A DNA stretch of 64,000 nucleotides from assembly GCA_951406725.2 (NCBI GenBank), contig OX597819.1, forward strand, positions 116,064,001 through 116,128,000. The letters run 5' to 3'. Positions 1 to 12,789 of this stretch are shown here, piece after piece (the first letter of the stretch is position 1; each line of letters opens with the position of its first letter). The notes below the pieces were generated by a model. The model saw only the letters and a program-made list of their open reading frames with translations. It ran no database searches and had not been told where the DNA came from. The position numbers were made by a program, and so were the translations under genes. The stretch comes from Octopus vulgaris. Lineage: Eukaryota.

Positions 1-364
1 GTGTTTAAGTGGAACGATGTCGAGTACACTATCCCAAATTTTGGGATAGGGTTTGCTGCATGTGTGTATGTGTATGTGCGTGCGGTATATATATATATAT
101 ATATATATATAAGGAAAATAAGTCAAGGTATAAAATGCTAAAATAATTTTATCATAAAAACATTTTAGTAACGGTTTCAGTCATTGAGACCTTTTCAACT
201 CTAAGTATGGAAAACAATCAAATTTTGGAAAAATTAAATGAAAAGTTTTTTAAACGAATATTTGCATATTATTCAAATACATGGGGCATTTTCCTTGTTT
301 CTGCCTGTCTCTGTCTCTCTTGTTTACTCTTCTAGGTTCGAGGACGTTGTGAATTATTGACAGA

Positions 365-417
<53 letters not shown>

Positions 418-437
418 TAATAATAATAATAGCAATA

Positions 438-902
438 ATAATAGTTAAAACGACGAGCGCGATTCGGTTGTAAGATATTTTACTAGTTGAAAGATATTTC
501 AACAGTACGTCTGTCTTTGTCAAATTCAAAATAAAAAGTGATAAAAATTCAAAATTACAGAAATTTAAAGGTAAAGCATGAACGAGAGCAACCAGCGACT
601 ACACCTTCATGGCATGACATCATCATTTAGGTCTCTTGAGCATTTAACATCCTACAACTATCATACCACCCCGTATTCTTTTATTATATTTTCTCTTCTT
701 TTCCTTCTTCTTGTTCTTCGTCGTATCTTCCTCTCCGCCACCTCCTTCCTGATGATGTCGTTCCATCAACGTGTGGACGCTGGTTGCTCTCGTTCATACT
801 TTACGTTTAAATTTCTGTAATTTTGAATTTTTATCACTTCATATTTTGAACTTGATAAAGACAGACGTTACAATCGAATCGCGCTCTTCGTCTTGACTAT
901 TT
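438..902. repeat. Imperfect inverted repeat (arms ~438-597 and ~778-902); spacer sequence recurs inverted at ~1160-1260 and ~1340-1510
   Basis: 'aaaattcaaaattacagaaatttaaa...gaacgagagcaaccagcg' mirrors 'cgctggttgctctcgttc...tttaaatttctgtaattttgaattttt'; flanked by (AAT)n tracts. Confidence 0.8.
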
Positions 903-957
903 ACCTTTGTGAAGAGTTACGTCAATCCTTTTTAAAATATAGTAACAATAATAACAG

Positions 958-988
<31 letters not shown>

Positions 989-1020
989 TAATAATAATAA
1001 TAATAATAATGATAATAATG

Positions 1021-1055
<35 letters not shown>

Positions 1056-1065
1056 TAATAATAAT

Positions 1066-1116
<51 letters not shown>

Positions 1117-1589
1117 CAGAAGAAGAAGAAGAAGAAGAAGAAGAAGAAGAAGAAGAGAAAGAATACTAAAAGAATGCGGAAATGGTATGATTGTAGAAGG
1201 ATGTTAAATGGTCAAGTGCCCTGAAAGTGACTTGTTGTGGATGGTAGTAGTGATTGAATTCTTGAGGTATCTCTTTTAAACATATTGTTTTTAATATTTG
1301 CGTCGGTGTTATTCTAAGCAGCAGCAGTAGGAAAGTATGGAAGGAGGTTGCGGAGAGGAAGAAGACGACGAAGAACAAGAATGAGAAGGAAAAGAAGAGA
1401 AAGTATAATAAAAGAATGCTGGTGTGGTATGATAGTAGTGGGATGTTAAAAGGTCAAGTGAACTAAAAAATGGTTCGTTGTGGATTATAGTAGTGATTGG
1501 GATTGTTTCTAAAGTATTCCTAAATATCTCTTTTGAATATATCATTTTTAATATTTGCGTGTGTGTTATTCTTAGGTCATGATGGATAT

Positions 1590-3500
1590 GTCGCTTGTTG
1601 TAGATGCGTTCAAAAGGGGTTTGTATTTTGTCATAATGAACGACTCTTTACTAATTCGTTGGCTACTGTTTGTATCGTCCTAGAATTGATAGAGGGGAAA
1701 AATTCTGAAGCTTGGGTTTTTTGTTATTGGCACAAATGTCGATGTGTAGGCTGAATGCTATTTTTCTGTTTTTCGGAATTTTGGTCTGGAATCTGTGAAG
1801 AGCCATCCTTTGATGAAGACTGTTTTTTGTTTGGCCTATGTATTGCTCTTGACACCCAGAACAGGTTAGTGCGTTTATCAGGTTTTCCGAATCCCATGTG
1901 AAGCTGCTTTTCACTGTAAAACGTTATCCCTGTTTCAAGGAGAACTCGGATCCCTCAATTAAATTGACGCATATCCCCTAGTTGGGTCTTCCGCATTTTT
2001 TTACTGACGGCATCAGTGTTGTTGAGCGTTTGTGTTAGGAGACTTTTCATGGATTTGGGCTGTCTCTTGCTTTTCATGATGGAGTGTTTGGAGGATTAAG
2101 TTCATTTTGTAAGTCCTTTTTTCAGCAGGGAAAAGTTTGAAGGATGGTGTCGAAAGCTTCGTTGTTAAGAGGGTTGTGTGTGGAAATATATAGTAGGGCT
2201 ATTGGTTGTAAATCCTTCTTTAATTTGGGATGTCTGAGTTCGTGGATGTTGAGTGGTAGAGCACGTTGAAAGCATGTGTCAATTAGTGAGGGTGGGTAGT
2301 TCCTGGTGGTGAGTGTATCCTTTAGTTTATGTAGTCGTGTGTCCCTGGTGCTTGCATTAAAAACCACAGTAAAATCATTTTTGCTAGGTTGAAGGGGATA
2401 TTCATTCTGGTGTGTCTGGGATGGCATGTGTTGAACGGTAGATATTGTTTGGAGTCCGTGGGCTTATAGTACATATCTGTTTCTATTATGTTGTTAGATT
2501 TCTTAATTAGAATATCGATGAAGGGAAGTTATTGATGGCTATATTCCACCCTGAATTGAATGTTTACACCAAGTTCATTTATAAGTGCTAGAAATTTTTT
2601 AAGTCTCTCTATACTTTTATGTCAAAGAATGAAACAGTCATCCAGGTATGTTTTCCAGTTATCTTCTATGTAGAGGGAGAATGGGTTGCCGTATTTTTCT
2701 AGTACTTTACGATAAAGACTAATTTCTAGATATCCCATGACTAGGTTTGCAAAGGAGGGGCTATTCTCGTACCCATCGCAGTCCCCAATTTTTGTCGATA
2801 GAAGTTGTCTTTGAAGTCAAAGTAGTTACAATTTAGCCATTCTATCACTAACTCTTTTTTGATGCGATGTGGGAGTTGGTTGGCGTAATTCTCTAGCCAG
2901 AATTTAATTGCCTCTATTCCTAGGTTGTGTGGGATATTGGAACAGAGGTTGACTACATCGAAGGATACTACTAGGATGTTTTTGTTTATTGTATCAGGAT
3001 TGAGCATATCCGGGTCGTCCTTTATATAGCTTTTGACATGCTTGAAGAATGGTTTTAAGCGGGTGTCTGGAAAGTTACTGAGGCGGTGGGCTTCGCATGC
3101 AGGACTTGCTATTATAGGTCTCAGTCTGAGGTCATTAGAATTAGGGACTTCGATTATTATGTCTGTAGTTTTTCTGCATATGTTTCTTATTTTCTCACTT
3201 TTGTGTATCTTGGGCATACCGTAGAATTGACTGGTTTTACTTCTGAAATTGGTAATATAGTCGTATTCTTTGTCAGTGAGCTCTTCTCTGTATAGGTTTA
3301 ATGCGGATTTTAGGTCTCTCATTATTTTCTGTTGACTGTAGTGTTGGACCTTTTCACAATATGTTGTGTTTTCTAATATGGATAGTATGAGAGTTATATA
3401 GTATACCATGTCCATTAAGACAGCCTCTTTGATTGTTAATGTTTTGTAATCGTTTAACTTGTTCAGCTCAGTTCATTCTTTCTTGCTGAAGTTTGGCTTG
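1590..3500 (-). mobile_element. Penelope-like retroelement, degenerate RT + GIY-YIG endonuclease (Neptune/Naiad-like)
   Basis: Broken minus-strand ORFs: FYGMPKIHK, LRPIIA, SFDVVNLCSNIP, GTAMGTRIAP, YLDDCF; Cys linker KCGRPN*GIC; NLINALTCSGCQEQYIGQT..RM..HR; many stops/frameshifts. Confidence 0.93.
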
Positions 3501-3644
3501 TGTTTTTGCTTGTGTACATGTTGATATGGGTATATATATATATATACCCATATCATCATATACACGAGCATGTATATACACAAGTATGTATGTATATGTA
3601 TATATGTATGTATTATATTTATAACTTAACCTTATGAACTTTCT

Positions 3645-3771
3645 AAATTCTGACGAAGCCCAGAGACACACCCAAGTACCTTAATCTTATCCACCAAATA
3701 CTTCATTTCACCAGAGGGATAAAATTAGAATGGGATACTATGGCCTCTTGGCTGAGACAGCTGTAAGATTT
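3645..3771 (+). ncRNA. Degenerate type I hammerhead ribozyme with long stem II, in inverted pLTR-like position 5' of the PLE
   Basis: CTGACGA (3650-3656); stem II agcc(c)agag/ctcttggct; GAGAC in place of GAAAC; palindromic stem III ac-agct-gt; GTA cleavage triplet (3763-3765); weak stem I aaatt/agattt. Confidence 0.6.
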
Positions 3772-3998
3772 TATCCTACTTTCTATGTTGTATATTGTAT
3801 ATTTTAATAATTACTGGTATTTTTAAATTTTATATTTTATATATTATATATGTAAAACATAATATGTTATACATGTATGTATATTGCTATGATTGTCTTT
3901 TTTAAAAATAAATAAATAGACATAATATAATAAGTTGATGAATACCAACTATTAATCCCCTCCATTTTCTTATTGCTATATATATATACATATATATG

Positions 3999-4117
<119 letters not shown>

Positions 4118-4525
4118 TAAATAAATTGTTATAATGTCTTGTTGTTGAGATAGGTTCTCTTTCTTTCCTGATGAGAAGATTGCATTTTTTTGCACCGTTT
4201 ATTCCTTTGGAATAAACCAATGTTATCTTCGAAACATATGTCGAAAGTAAAAGAATTTGAATTGCATCTGCGTTCAACTCCATTTATTTACTTATACTTT
4301 ACAAATTACTGCACATTAACCCGGAGTTTCTACCTTTGAATAGGTCGCTATATCCTTGTTACTTGCGTGAATTTTGCTACCCTGGTAACTGTTTATTGAA
4401 GTTTCCATGTTAACGGTAAACAAGTGATAATTCATTCATCCATTTATATATATATATATATAAACTTAGAGTAAAGCATGGAAAACAATTAAATTGTTGG
4501 AAAAATTAAATGAAATGTTTTTTAA

Positions 4526-5694
4526 GAGTCGCTTCGCGGGTCAGGGTATTGACTTTTTGTAGAACTTTAAAATACTGAATTGTCTCAAACTTAATAATAA
4601 ACGAAGTAATTTGATTGGTTAAAATCAATATATAAAACACACACACACAGGTAGTCCAGAGTTTGATTTTGTTTCACCCAGTCGGCAGTTATGTCAGAAT
4701 TATCATGTACTTGCAAAAAAGCTAGATATATTAGTTGTCAACGATGTTACAGATGTAGATGTACGTGTCGTGGAGATAATAACCGCAAGGAAAATGTAAA
4801 CACACGTACCACAAAGAGAATACGACTTATGGGAGGTGTCAGCGCACGTAAAACAAATACGAATACAAGAAAACGCAGTGTGTATACGGAAGAATAGGAT
4901 TCTGAAGCAGAAGTTAGCGATCCATCACGAATTGATTCAACAGGAAAACTTGAAGATAATTGGAAAACTATAAAACATAGGTGATCATATGGAAGTACAG
5001 TTTGATTTGTCAAGAAATTTCGCTTCAGTTTATGAAAATTCGAACTTACCACTGACAGCAACATATAACCTTATCAATGGCACTACGAACGACGTAAATG
5101 AAGGAAATTGTGAAAGCGAATCCGATGAAGAAAATTGTGCTTCCAATGAAAATGTAATATTTGATAGACACTGTTGAAGATATTGGTGTTGTAGGGAAAG
5201 GTAGAAGCAGCTTAACAAAATGTATTGTTTATAGTGTTGAAGGGAATATCCCAGGGAAGTATCGTATTGCACTTGCTGTAGCATCAAATATTAATGATTT
5301 GGTTATGGAATCAGACGATGAAAATCCTCATCAATGTAATTTATGTCGTAGGGAATTTGCAACTGCCTACAAAATGGAAATCCATAATTGCAAGGGAGCC
5401 TAAAGACAACAAGATTTAATTAGTCAAGCTAGTGTTTATGCTAAAGATATATGTGAACAGCATCGATTTGAGGTGATTAATACTAGTTCAAATGTTGAAG
5501 AACTTAAGATGTTTGATCCCATTCATGAAGCGATCCAGCATAATAATGCGTGTTGTGGATTTGAAACAGGATGGGTAAGAATAAGAAAGCACGGTAATAA
5601 GTATGGTCGAAAGTATGTGGATCCATTTAAACAAGAAATTATCGATATGTTTAATTTGGCTAATGAAAACGAAGCTATGAAACGAGATCCATAG
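4526..5694 (+). mobile_element. Degenerate DNA transposon relic, probably Sola3-type (Cys-rich N-terminus, C2H2-like finger, GW...F..DP C-terminal region)
   Basis: Starts TTAA|GAG at 4522-4528; its left flank matches a repeat at ~205-253 that has an empty TTAA site; ORF fragments CTCKK..CQRCYRCRCTC, HQCNLCRREFATAYKMEIHNC, GWVRIRKHG...FKQEIIDMFNL...KRDP; right terminus not seen. Confidence 0.5.
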
Positions 5695-5697
5695 TAC

Positions 5698-5728
<31 letters not shown>

Positions 5729-5972
5729 TGTATGTATGTATGCATATATGTATATATGTATGTATGTGTGTGTATGTATGTATGTATGTATGTATGTATG
5801 TATGTATGTATGCATGTATGTATATATGTATGTATGTGTATGTATATACGTATGTATATAAACATATGTATGTATGTATGTATGCATGCATGCATGCATG
5901 TATGCATGTATGTATGTATGTATGTATGTATGTATGTATGTATGTATGTATGTATGTATGTATGTATGTATA
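5695..5972. repeat. (TATG)n microsatellite; representative of many (TA)n, (CA)n, (TCTA)n, (AAT)n, (CAA)n, (TTTC)n and (TAC)n tracts in the window
   Basis: Direct inspection; such tracts explain most YIYI/MYVC/HTHT/LSIY ORF-track entries. Confidence 0.95.
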
Positions 5973-5976
5973 TAAA

Positions 5977-7224
5977 CAGGGTGTGTAAATAAATTGTCCT
6001 GTAATTTACTGGAAAATGAAACAATACTCTGATCTCATTTTAACAGCTATGTTTACCAAAATTACATCAAAATATCTTGAAATATTAAAAGTAAATTTAT
6101 TTAGCTTTCAACCACGGCATCCAGATGACTTCGGAATCCCCTGTAACTCTTCTGGACGGTGTCCTTGTTTAAGTTGGTGAATGCTACCATAATCCTTGCT
6201 TTCAGTTCATCTTTGGTGTTACAAGGAGTTTCGCTGCTTTTTCGCTCAACTGCGCGCCACACATAATAATCAAGGGGTGGAAATCTGGGGAGTTACCTGG
6301 CCTGATGTTAGGTGTCATGTGGTCACAGGAATTGTCTGACGTATGGCATGGTGCAGAGTCCTGTTGCGAGGTATAGGGTCTTCCGGCAGCCGCCCTCTTG
6401 ACCCAAGGTAGGACTACACCCTCTCGGCACTTGATATAGGCGTCCATGTTGAGTCTGAGGTCATATGGGAGGATGAGGCATAACGTCACATCACTAGTGA
6501 TCACTCCAAATATCATGATGTTGACAGCATGGTTGATTTTGGCCACCCTCGGTACATGCTTTGGGGTTACGGCAAGCCAACGGTTGTTCTGTATTCACCA
6601 TCTGATCCTGCCAGAAATGTTTCTAGTCTGAGAAAAACAGAATCATGTTCGGTTGTAGGGGATGCCTCAGTTTGTTCAAAAGCTTCGTAGTGCGGTCTTT
6701 CCTCTTGTCCTTGATAGTTTGAGGTAAAAATTGGCACTTTCACATCTTGTATGAGGAATCTCGAATGTCGTTATGAACTACCTGCCTGATAAGCAACTCA
6801 GACACTACCATTTCCCTGGCGATGGACTTGGTTGACTCGGGGGGATCACTGTCAATCACGGCCTGGATTCAAGAGTTCTTTACTGATCAGAACGATCAGA
6901 GTGAGTTTTCTGAGCTGCCTTACCTTCGTAGTCTACGTTAGACTCACCCAACTCTTTCCGAATTCTCATCTGCACTGTCTTCAGATTGACACCCAAACAC
7001 TCTGAAATGTTCTTACTGAAGCTTCCGGCGCAAATGCCAAACTGTACAGCATGTCGTTTGCAAATTTCTGACAAAGTGGATTGCGTCATAGAGCTGGGTT
7101 TTTTTTGTTCTCACAGACGGTGCCCAACTGATTCTATTATATTCTGTTGTCGACAAAATCAGAAACACACCGCATGCGCGAAATTAAAAATACAAAACGT
7201 TGACAATTTGCCCAACGCAGCCTG
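5977..7224 (-). mobile_element. Tc1/mariner DNA transposon (maT/DD37D-like), degenerate transposase
   Basis: Imperfect TIRs cagggtgtgtaaataaattgtc / gacaatttgcccaacgcagcctg + TA; HTH-like N-terminus (7089-6880: NISECLGVNLKTV), FSD*K, IMIFGVITSD, QQDSAPCHT, PGNSPDFHPL. Confidence 0.88.
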
Positions 7225-7449
7225 TACATATAAGATCAAATTCTCCTATGTTTTGTTTCCTGCGTGGGAATACACTTCTTTACATATATACATACACTTC
7301 TTTTACATATAAACACTCATATACCTACACATGTATGTATATAATTTTATTTTACTTTCCTATAGTTCTCCATCAGATTAAATAATGACTACATTCTCCT
7401 ACAGTTGTGGATGCTTTGCTGAAAATGTACAAGGATTTCCTTATGGAAT

Positions 7450-7512
<63 letters not shown>

Positions 7513-8329
7513 TAGACACACACGTGTCACTTCCAGGGAATTGATAATGAACGTTTTCTTAGGAAAGAACGAAGACAATTTTATATAAATTTTACTCAGG
7601 AGGGGATATAGCACTCATAAATTGTTACAACCCTGTCGAGAGGGTTGGAGGTAGTTATTTTCGGGCGAGATACATGGCCCGCATACTTGCATACGGGGCT
7701 CTTTTGAAGACCCCAGAGTTGCCAGGTGGCGTTGTGGTTTACATAGTAGCTCTACCTAGAGCGCTCTCCTATGATATGAAATCTTGATGCCCTTTCGGAA
7801 AGAAGTAAATAAAAAATCTTTGGAAGGCGTGACTCCAATCAAATAGCAAACAGTTTCACTTATACGCTGTCTAGACTAAACTACGTATAAACTATTGATG
7901 TGGCCACATTCAAATGCATAGGAGTTTAGGTATAAAAATCGCCAGAAGCAATGAGCTGGTAATGTTAAAATATGTATGATTATCTGCCGCAAAATATTCT
8001 TTACGGAAAATTGCTTGAAGGAACGGATTCAATTAAAAGTGCAAGGAATGAACGTTCAAAATCCGTATATTGATTTTCCCATGAAGTTCCTTGAGGCATC
8101 TGCTTCTCCAGTCTATGGTTAAAAATAACATGTTCGACGCGACAATTTTGGAAATAAACGTAAAAAGAAAGTAGGTCAACAAGGAAGATTCTATTTTAAA
8201 CAACCAGCTTGTCAGCAATATTTTATGTCAACGCTAGACTTATAAGAGCACGACAGAACACAGGTAAATAGAATGGTTATCTCATACAAGCACACAAACA
8301 CACACACACTTAAAGAGAGAGTATGAAAC

Positions 8330-8536
8330 AATGTGTGTGGTGGACTCGAGCGAGAGGATTAGAGACAAACACTTACCTCCGTGACCAATCGTTCATCAAC
8401 TTTTTCAAGTACCACTTGAAAAGGAAGATGAAAATGGAGAGGCAGATATGGTCTCGTGAAAGCTTCAAAAGAAGGTGGGGAATGTAGCAAAAATGGTGCA
8501 GCCGAGCGACGCAACCACTTTGAGCATGATCCTGCA

Positions 8537-8575
<39 letters not shown>

Positions 8576-8900
8576 GAAGGAGAGAGAGAGCACTTTTCTC
8601 CAATGTGTTTATTCCTTCCCTGCCTGAGTTTACCGTGGTCTTTTCCGTAGGCTTTTCTTTCCACGGATAAACCTAATCTTGCTTCTTACATTTAAAAAAT
8701 TTGTTCTGTGATACATGATCCATTTTGATAGCCATTTATTTCCAAAACCCCTTTTGATCGGCTTTTTTTCCCGACCCTTTTGATAGGAATTTTACTATTT
8801 TTCTGTTTTTCCCCCCTTTTCTCTTTCCTTTTCGAAAATAAAAGCTCTACATTTGTATTTGTCCCGTCTGTGTTCAGCCCTGTGTGGCCAATAAAGAAAG
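8330..8900 (+). mobile_element. 3' fragment of a Tx1/L1-clade LINE (ORF2 C-terminus + 3' UTR) ending at a (TCTA)n tract
   Basis: + frame from 8332 reads CVWWTRARGLETNTYLRDQSFINFFKYHLKRKMKMERQIWSRESFKRRW, typical of Tx1 ORF2 ends; T-rich UTR ending ...gccaataaagaaa. Confidence 0.6.
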
Positions 8901-8963
<63 letters not shown>

Positions 8964-8969
8964 CTTCAA

Positions 8970-9130
8970 AGTTATAGCAAAACAAAGACAATGACAGATG
9001 TAGGAACACCAAGTAATTGTATTAGTTTGACACTCGGGAAAAATGGGAGTCTTTTACGTGTCGAGTCTACGCTCTTCGACAAAAAGGCATAAGAGGAAAT
9101 AGAGACTGTAAAAAAACAACACAATGTTGA
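8970..9130 (-). mobile_element. Non-autonomous PLE pLTR-like fragment with decayed minimal hammerhead (9051-9087)
   Basis: Reverse complement reads tttgtcgaa-gagcgtagactc-gacac-gta-aaag; homologous to 61140-61320. Confidence 0.5.
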
Positions 9131-9206
9131 AATCTATGGTCATACATGGCGAATATATATATATATATATATACATACATATATATGTATATATATATAT
9201 ACATAC

Positions 9207-9244
<38 letters not shown>

Positions 9245-9258
<14 letters not shown>

Positions 9259-9621
9259 GGCAGTTTGTCTGTGCGTGTTTCTGTGTGTCTGTTTGCTTGT
9301 ACCCTCAACCTGACCACGGCTTTCAACCGATTCTGATGAAACTTGACACACACATAGCCCAATGTCATAATTCAAAACTAACGCAGCGAAAATTTTGAAA
9401 AGTTCCCCCAGTTCTGAAAAAATCGATAAATTCGACATGGGGTCGAGAATCAGAAACACAAACCGCAAACTGTCTAGGGGACGCAACTCCACCTTTTTTA
9501 ACTAAAAAAAAATTTACCATTATTTTTTTCCATTTTTTTGCTATTTTTTGGCTATAACTCTCTAAAAATGCTTTATAGTTATTTCCCTTACAAACCTGAG
9601 CAACGCCGGGCGATACTGCTA

Positions 9622-9622
<1 letters not shown>
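9245..9622 (+). mobile_element. Non-autonomous Helitron-type element
   Basis: 3' end CTAG|T (9619-9623) preceded by GC hairpin cctgagcaacgccggg; 5' tatatataaa followed by gtctgt repeats and 'caaccgatt..atgaaactt' motif typical of Helitron-N families. Confidence 0.75.
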
Positions 9623-9675
<53 letters not shown>

Positions 9676-9701
9676 GGAAAAGCAACAAGAATGGATTAAA
9701 A

Positions 9702-9788
9702 TCTCGGTACAATTGTTTCGTACGAGGACATCTTTAATAAGCTACAAAAAATGCAGTAAATACAGATGGCTCGTACTCGTCAGCCGAA
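9702..9788 (-). ncRNA. Type I hammerhead ribozyme (mirror copy in left palindrome arm)
   Basis: Exact reverse complement of 9938-10025 motif. Confidence 0.85.
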
Positions 9789-9937
9789 AAGACATCAGAG
9801 AATTCACAAACATCAAAAGGGGTAGATACAAATGAGGGTGTAAGATTAACTGCATTGAAGAAAGTTCTTCAATGCAGTTAATCTTACACCCTCATTTGTA
9901 TCTACCCCTTTTGATGTTTGTGAATTCTCTGATGTCT

Positions 9938-10026
9938 TTTCGGCTGACGAGTACGAGCCATCTGTATTTACTGCATTTTTTGTAGCTTATTAAAGATGTC
10001 CTCGTACGAAACAATTGTACCGAGAT
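9938..10026 (+). ncRNA. Type I hammerhead ribozyme with intact catalytic core
   Basis: Stem I tttcgg/ccgaga; CTGACGA (9944-9950); stem II gtacgag/ctcgtac extended by catct/agatg; GAAAC (10008-10012); palindromic stem III ac-aatt-gt; GTA cleavage triplet (10017-10019). Confidence 0.88.
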
Positions 10027-10173
10027 TTTAATCCATTCTTGTTGCTTTTTTCCTATTTGTAATCACCCCACTTGTCGTATGGTTAACACCATATAGATTT
10101 CCGGTGCATCCTAGTTAAGGACCATATTCATGTGAATTCATTAGAATTCACTTGAATCTCAATTACTTAAACC

Positions 10174-10230
<57 letters not shown>

Positions 10231-10384
10231 CAATATGTACATCGATCTTGAATGTAGTTCCAGAACGGTTTACCTTACTATTCTACGCACACTCGCACAC
10301 ACACACATATTCTTTCACGTAGATAGACATTTCTCCATACGTTTTTCTTCTTCTTCTTGATCTCGAGGCCTCATAAAGCCATTT

Positions 10385-10635
10385 ACCCAGTTTATAAGGT
10401 GTATAAGTGAGATATATCACAGCATACGCCCTGAACAGGACGTCGCTATTTTGCTGGATTCAAGGCCACACATTTTGAGGGTAGGGGACAATTCGATTGC
10501 AACCACTCCATACCTTGACTGCTAATTTGCTTTAATCTACCCTGAAGGCAAATTTGACCTCGGTTAGAACATAGAGAACCAGAAGTAGTGTCGCTAAATA
10601 TTTTGTCAGAGATGCTAATGACACTGTCAGCTCAC
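10385..10635 (-). mobile_element. Degenerate tRNA-derived SINE
   Basis: Diverged matches to the SINE body (gaaggcaaa..tgacctcgg, tagaac, gctaa) seen intact at 42713-43093 and 63340-63684. Confidence 0.5.
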
Positions 10636-10685
10636 TGAATTATACAAAAACTAGCACATACACACACATACACAGAAATTTGTAC

Positions 10686-10778
<93 letters not shown>

Positions 10779-11017
10779 CTCATTAATTTAACAATATGTT
10801 AATTTAAATAAATGACAAGGGAATTGCAATTACGTAATCATCTTCTCCATAATTTACGTAACATTTCCACTTATTGAATTTTTATATTACGTTCCGTACA
10901 CGACTAACACTCTATTTTGAAGCATACATACGCATATGAAATTCTGACACCAGTTTATTAGAATTACTATACCCAAGCGAAATCTCTCTTTCTCTCACAC
11001 ACAGACACACACAAACA

Positions 11018-11076
<59 letters not shown>

Positions 11077-11185
11077 GTAAATGATAAGAAAACAAAAAAT
11101 GAAAGATATCTCGATATTATGTAAATAGAGGAATTTATCTGAAGTATAATATGTGACAATTATATATACACACACACATACACAC

Positions 11186-11218
<33 letters not shown>

Positions 11219-11422
11219 TGTATGTATGTATGTATGTATGTATGTATGTATGTATGTATGTATGTATGTATGTATGTTTGTATGTATGTATGCATGTTTA
11301 TACCTATATGCATACGTACATATATTCATACATAGATACATGCATATTTATATATATATGTATATGTACATACATACAAACATATGCATATATATATATG
11401 AGTATATACACGTATATATACG

Positions 11423-11468
<46 letters not shown>

Positions 11469-11556
11469 GCACGATTACATACCTATATATATATATATAT
11501 ATGCACGCATACGTATACATATATATGTGTGTGTGTGTGAGTATGTATGTATACAA

Positions 11557-11602
<46 letters not shown>

Positions 11603-11822
11603 GTGTAGTTTACTTTTCCGTTATGGTGAGATCAAGAGAAACATACTCTATGTAGTGAGAGATAAATATTATTTAATGTACACTGTATTATCATAAGACA
11701 TACTAATCGATTCTTGCCATTAGGAGAGGTCGTTAAGCACGTTTTTATAATGTGCCTAACCAAGTTTCTTAACACCAAGAAATTATTACAAGCTCTCATT
11801 TTAATACAATATAGATAAAATA

Positions 11823-11853
<31 letters not shown>

Positions 11854-12041
11854 TATATATATATACATATATTTAAGTAGTTGAATGAATTATCCTAGTA
11901 TGGATAATTCGGTTAACCGATACCCGGGTAGCAAATTTACGTCAGAAAGCACGGTTGAAGCTACATGCCAAGGGCAGAAATCACGTGCTTTCGTGTGGAA
12001 ATATGTGTGTTTTTTTACTTTATCTATATATACATACATAC

Positions 12042-12131
<90 letters not shown>

Positions 12132-12162
12132 TTATATATGTGTATGTATGTATACATGTATG

Positions 12163-12219
<57 letters not shown>

Positions 12220-12789
12220 ATTTCCAACGTTGATGGTACAATGATGCACACATGCGGAATAATATCGACACGCTGATATATGATCTGAATTTAGTTTATT
12301 GACCCTGCTGATACACCAAAAAAAGTAAATACTAAACTTGTAGGATGTCGGATCGGCGTATCAAATATTTCTGTTTTATGTATTGATTAAATTTAACATT
12401 ATAAATATTAACCAATCAGTAAGATGAATATTTAGTTATCGCCTCATATAAGCTTTAATGTATGTTTACAAACTCACGGCTAAAATATTTTTATCTCGGT
12501 AGTTTAGAAGGGTAACGCATAAAATATTATAGCGTTATATAAATATGTACGTAAGAAATATACGAATCAGTAAATAAGTAAATAGGTGTTAGATCGGTCA
12601 AATGATTCGATATACTAGCGATCACTTTACTATTAATAATTCAAGCAGCAGATGTCCCAGTGTATTTTCTTCTCGACATTTCTGTTGTAAAACTAGATCT
12701 TTTGAAGGAAGTCAATGATTTTTTGAAGAAACGGGCCTCGAAATAGGGAATTGTATTAGTGGCCATTTATAAGACACCTGCATAAACAA

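Larger units (their letters stand above)
9671..10058. repeat. Near-perfect palindrome, ~192-bp arms with a 2-nt loop (AG at 9863-9864)
   Basis: Arms are base-for-base reverse complements except an A4/T6 homopolymer difference near the outer ends; centre ...gcattgaagaa AG ttcttcaatgc... Confidence 0.95.

Noticed and set aside
1970-2000. Selenocysteine recoding in the PLE Cys linker (reported for some Naiad elements)
   Set aside because: The stop at the Cys position is TAG, not TGA, and the related copy at ~19090 has TGC; simple decay
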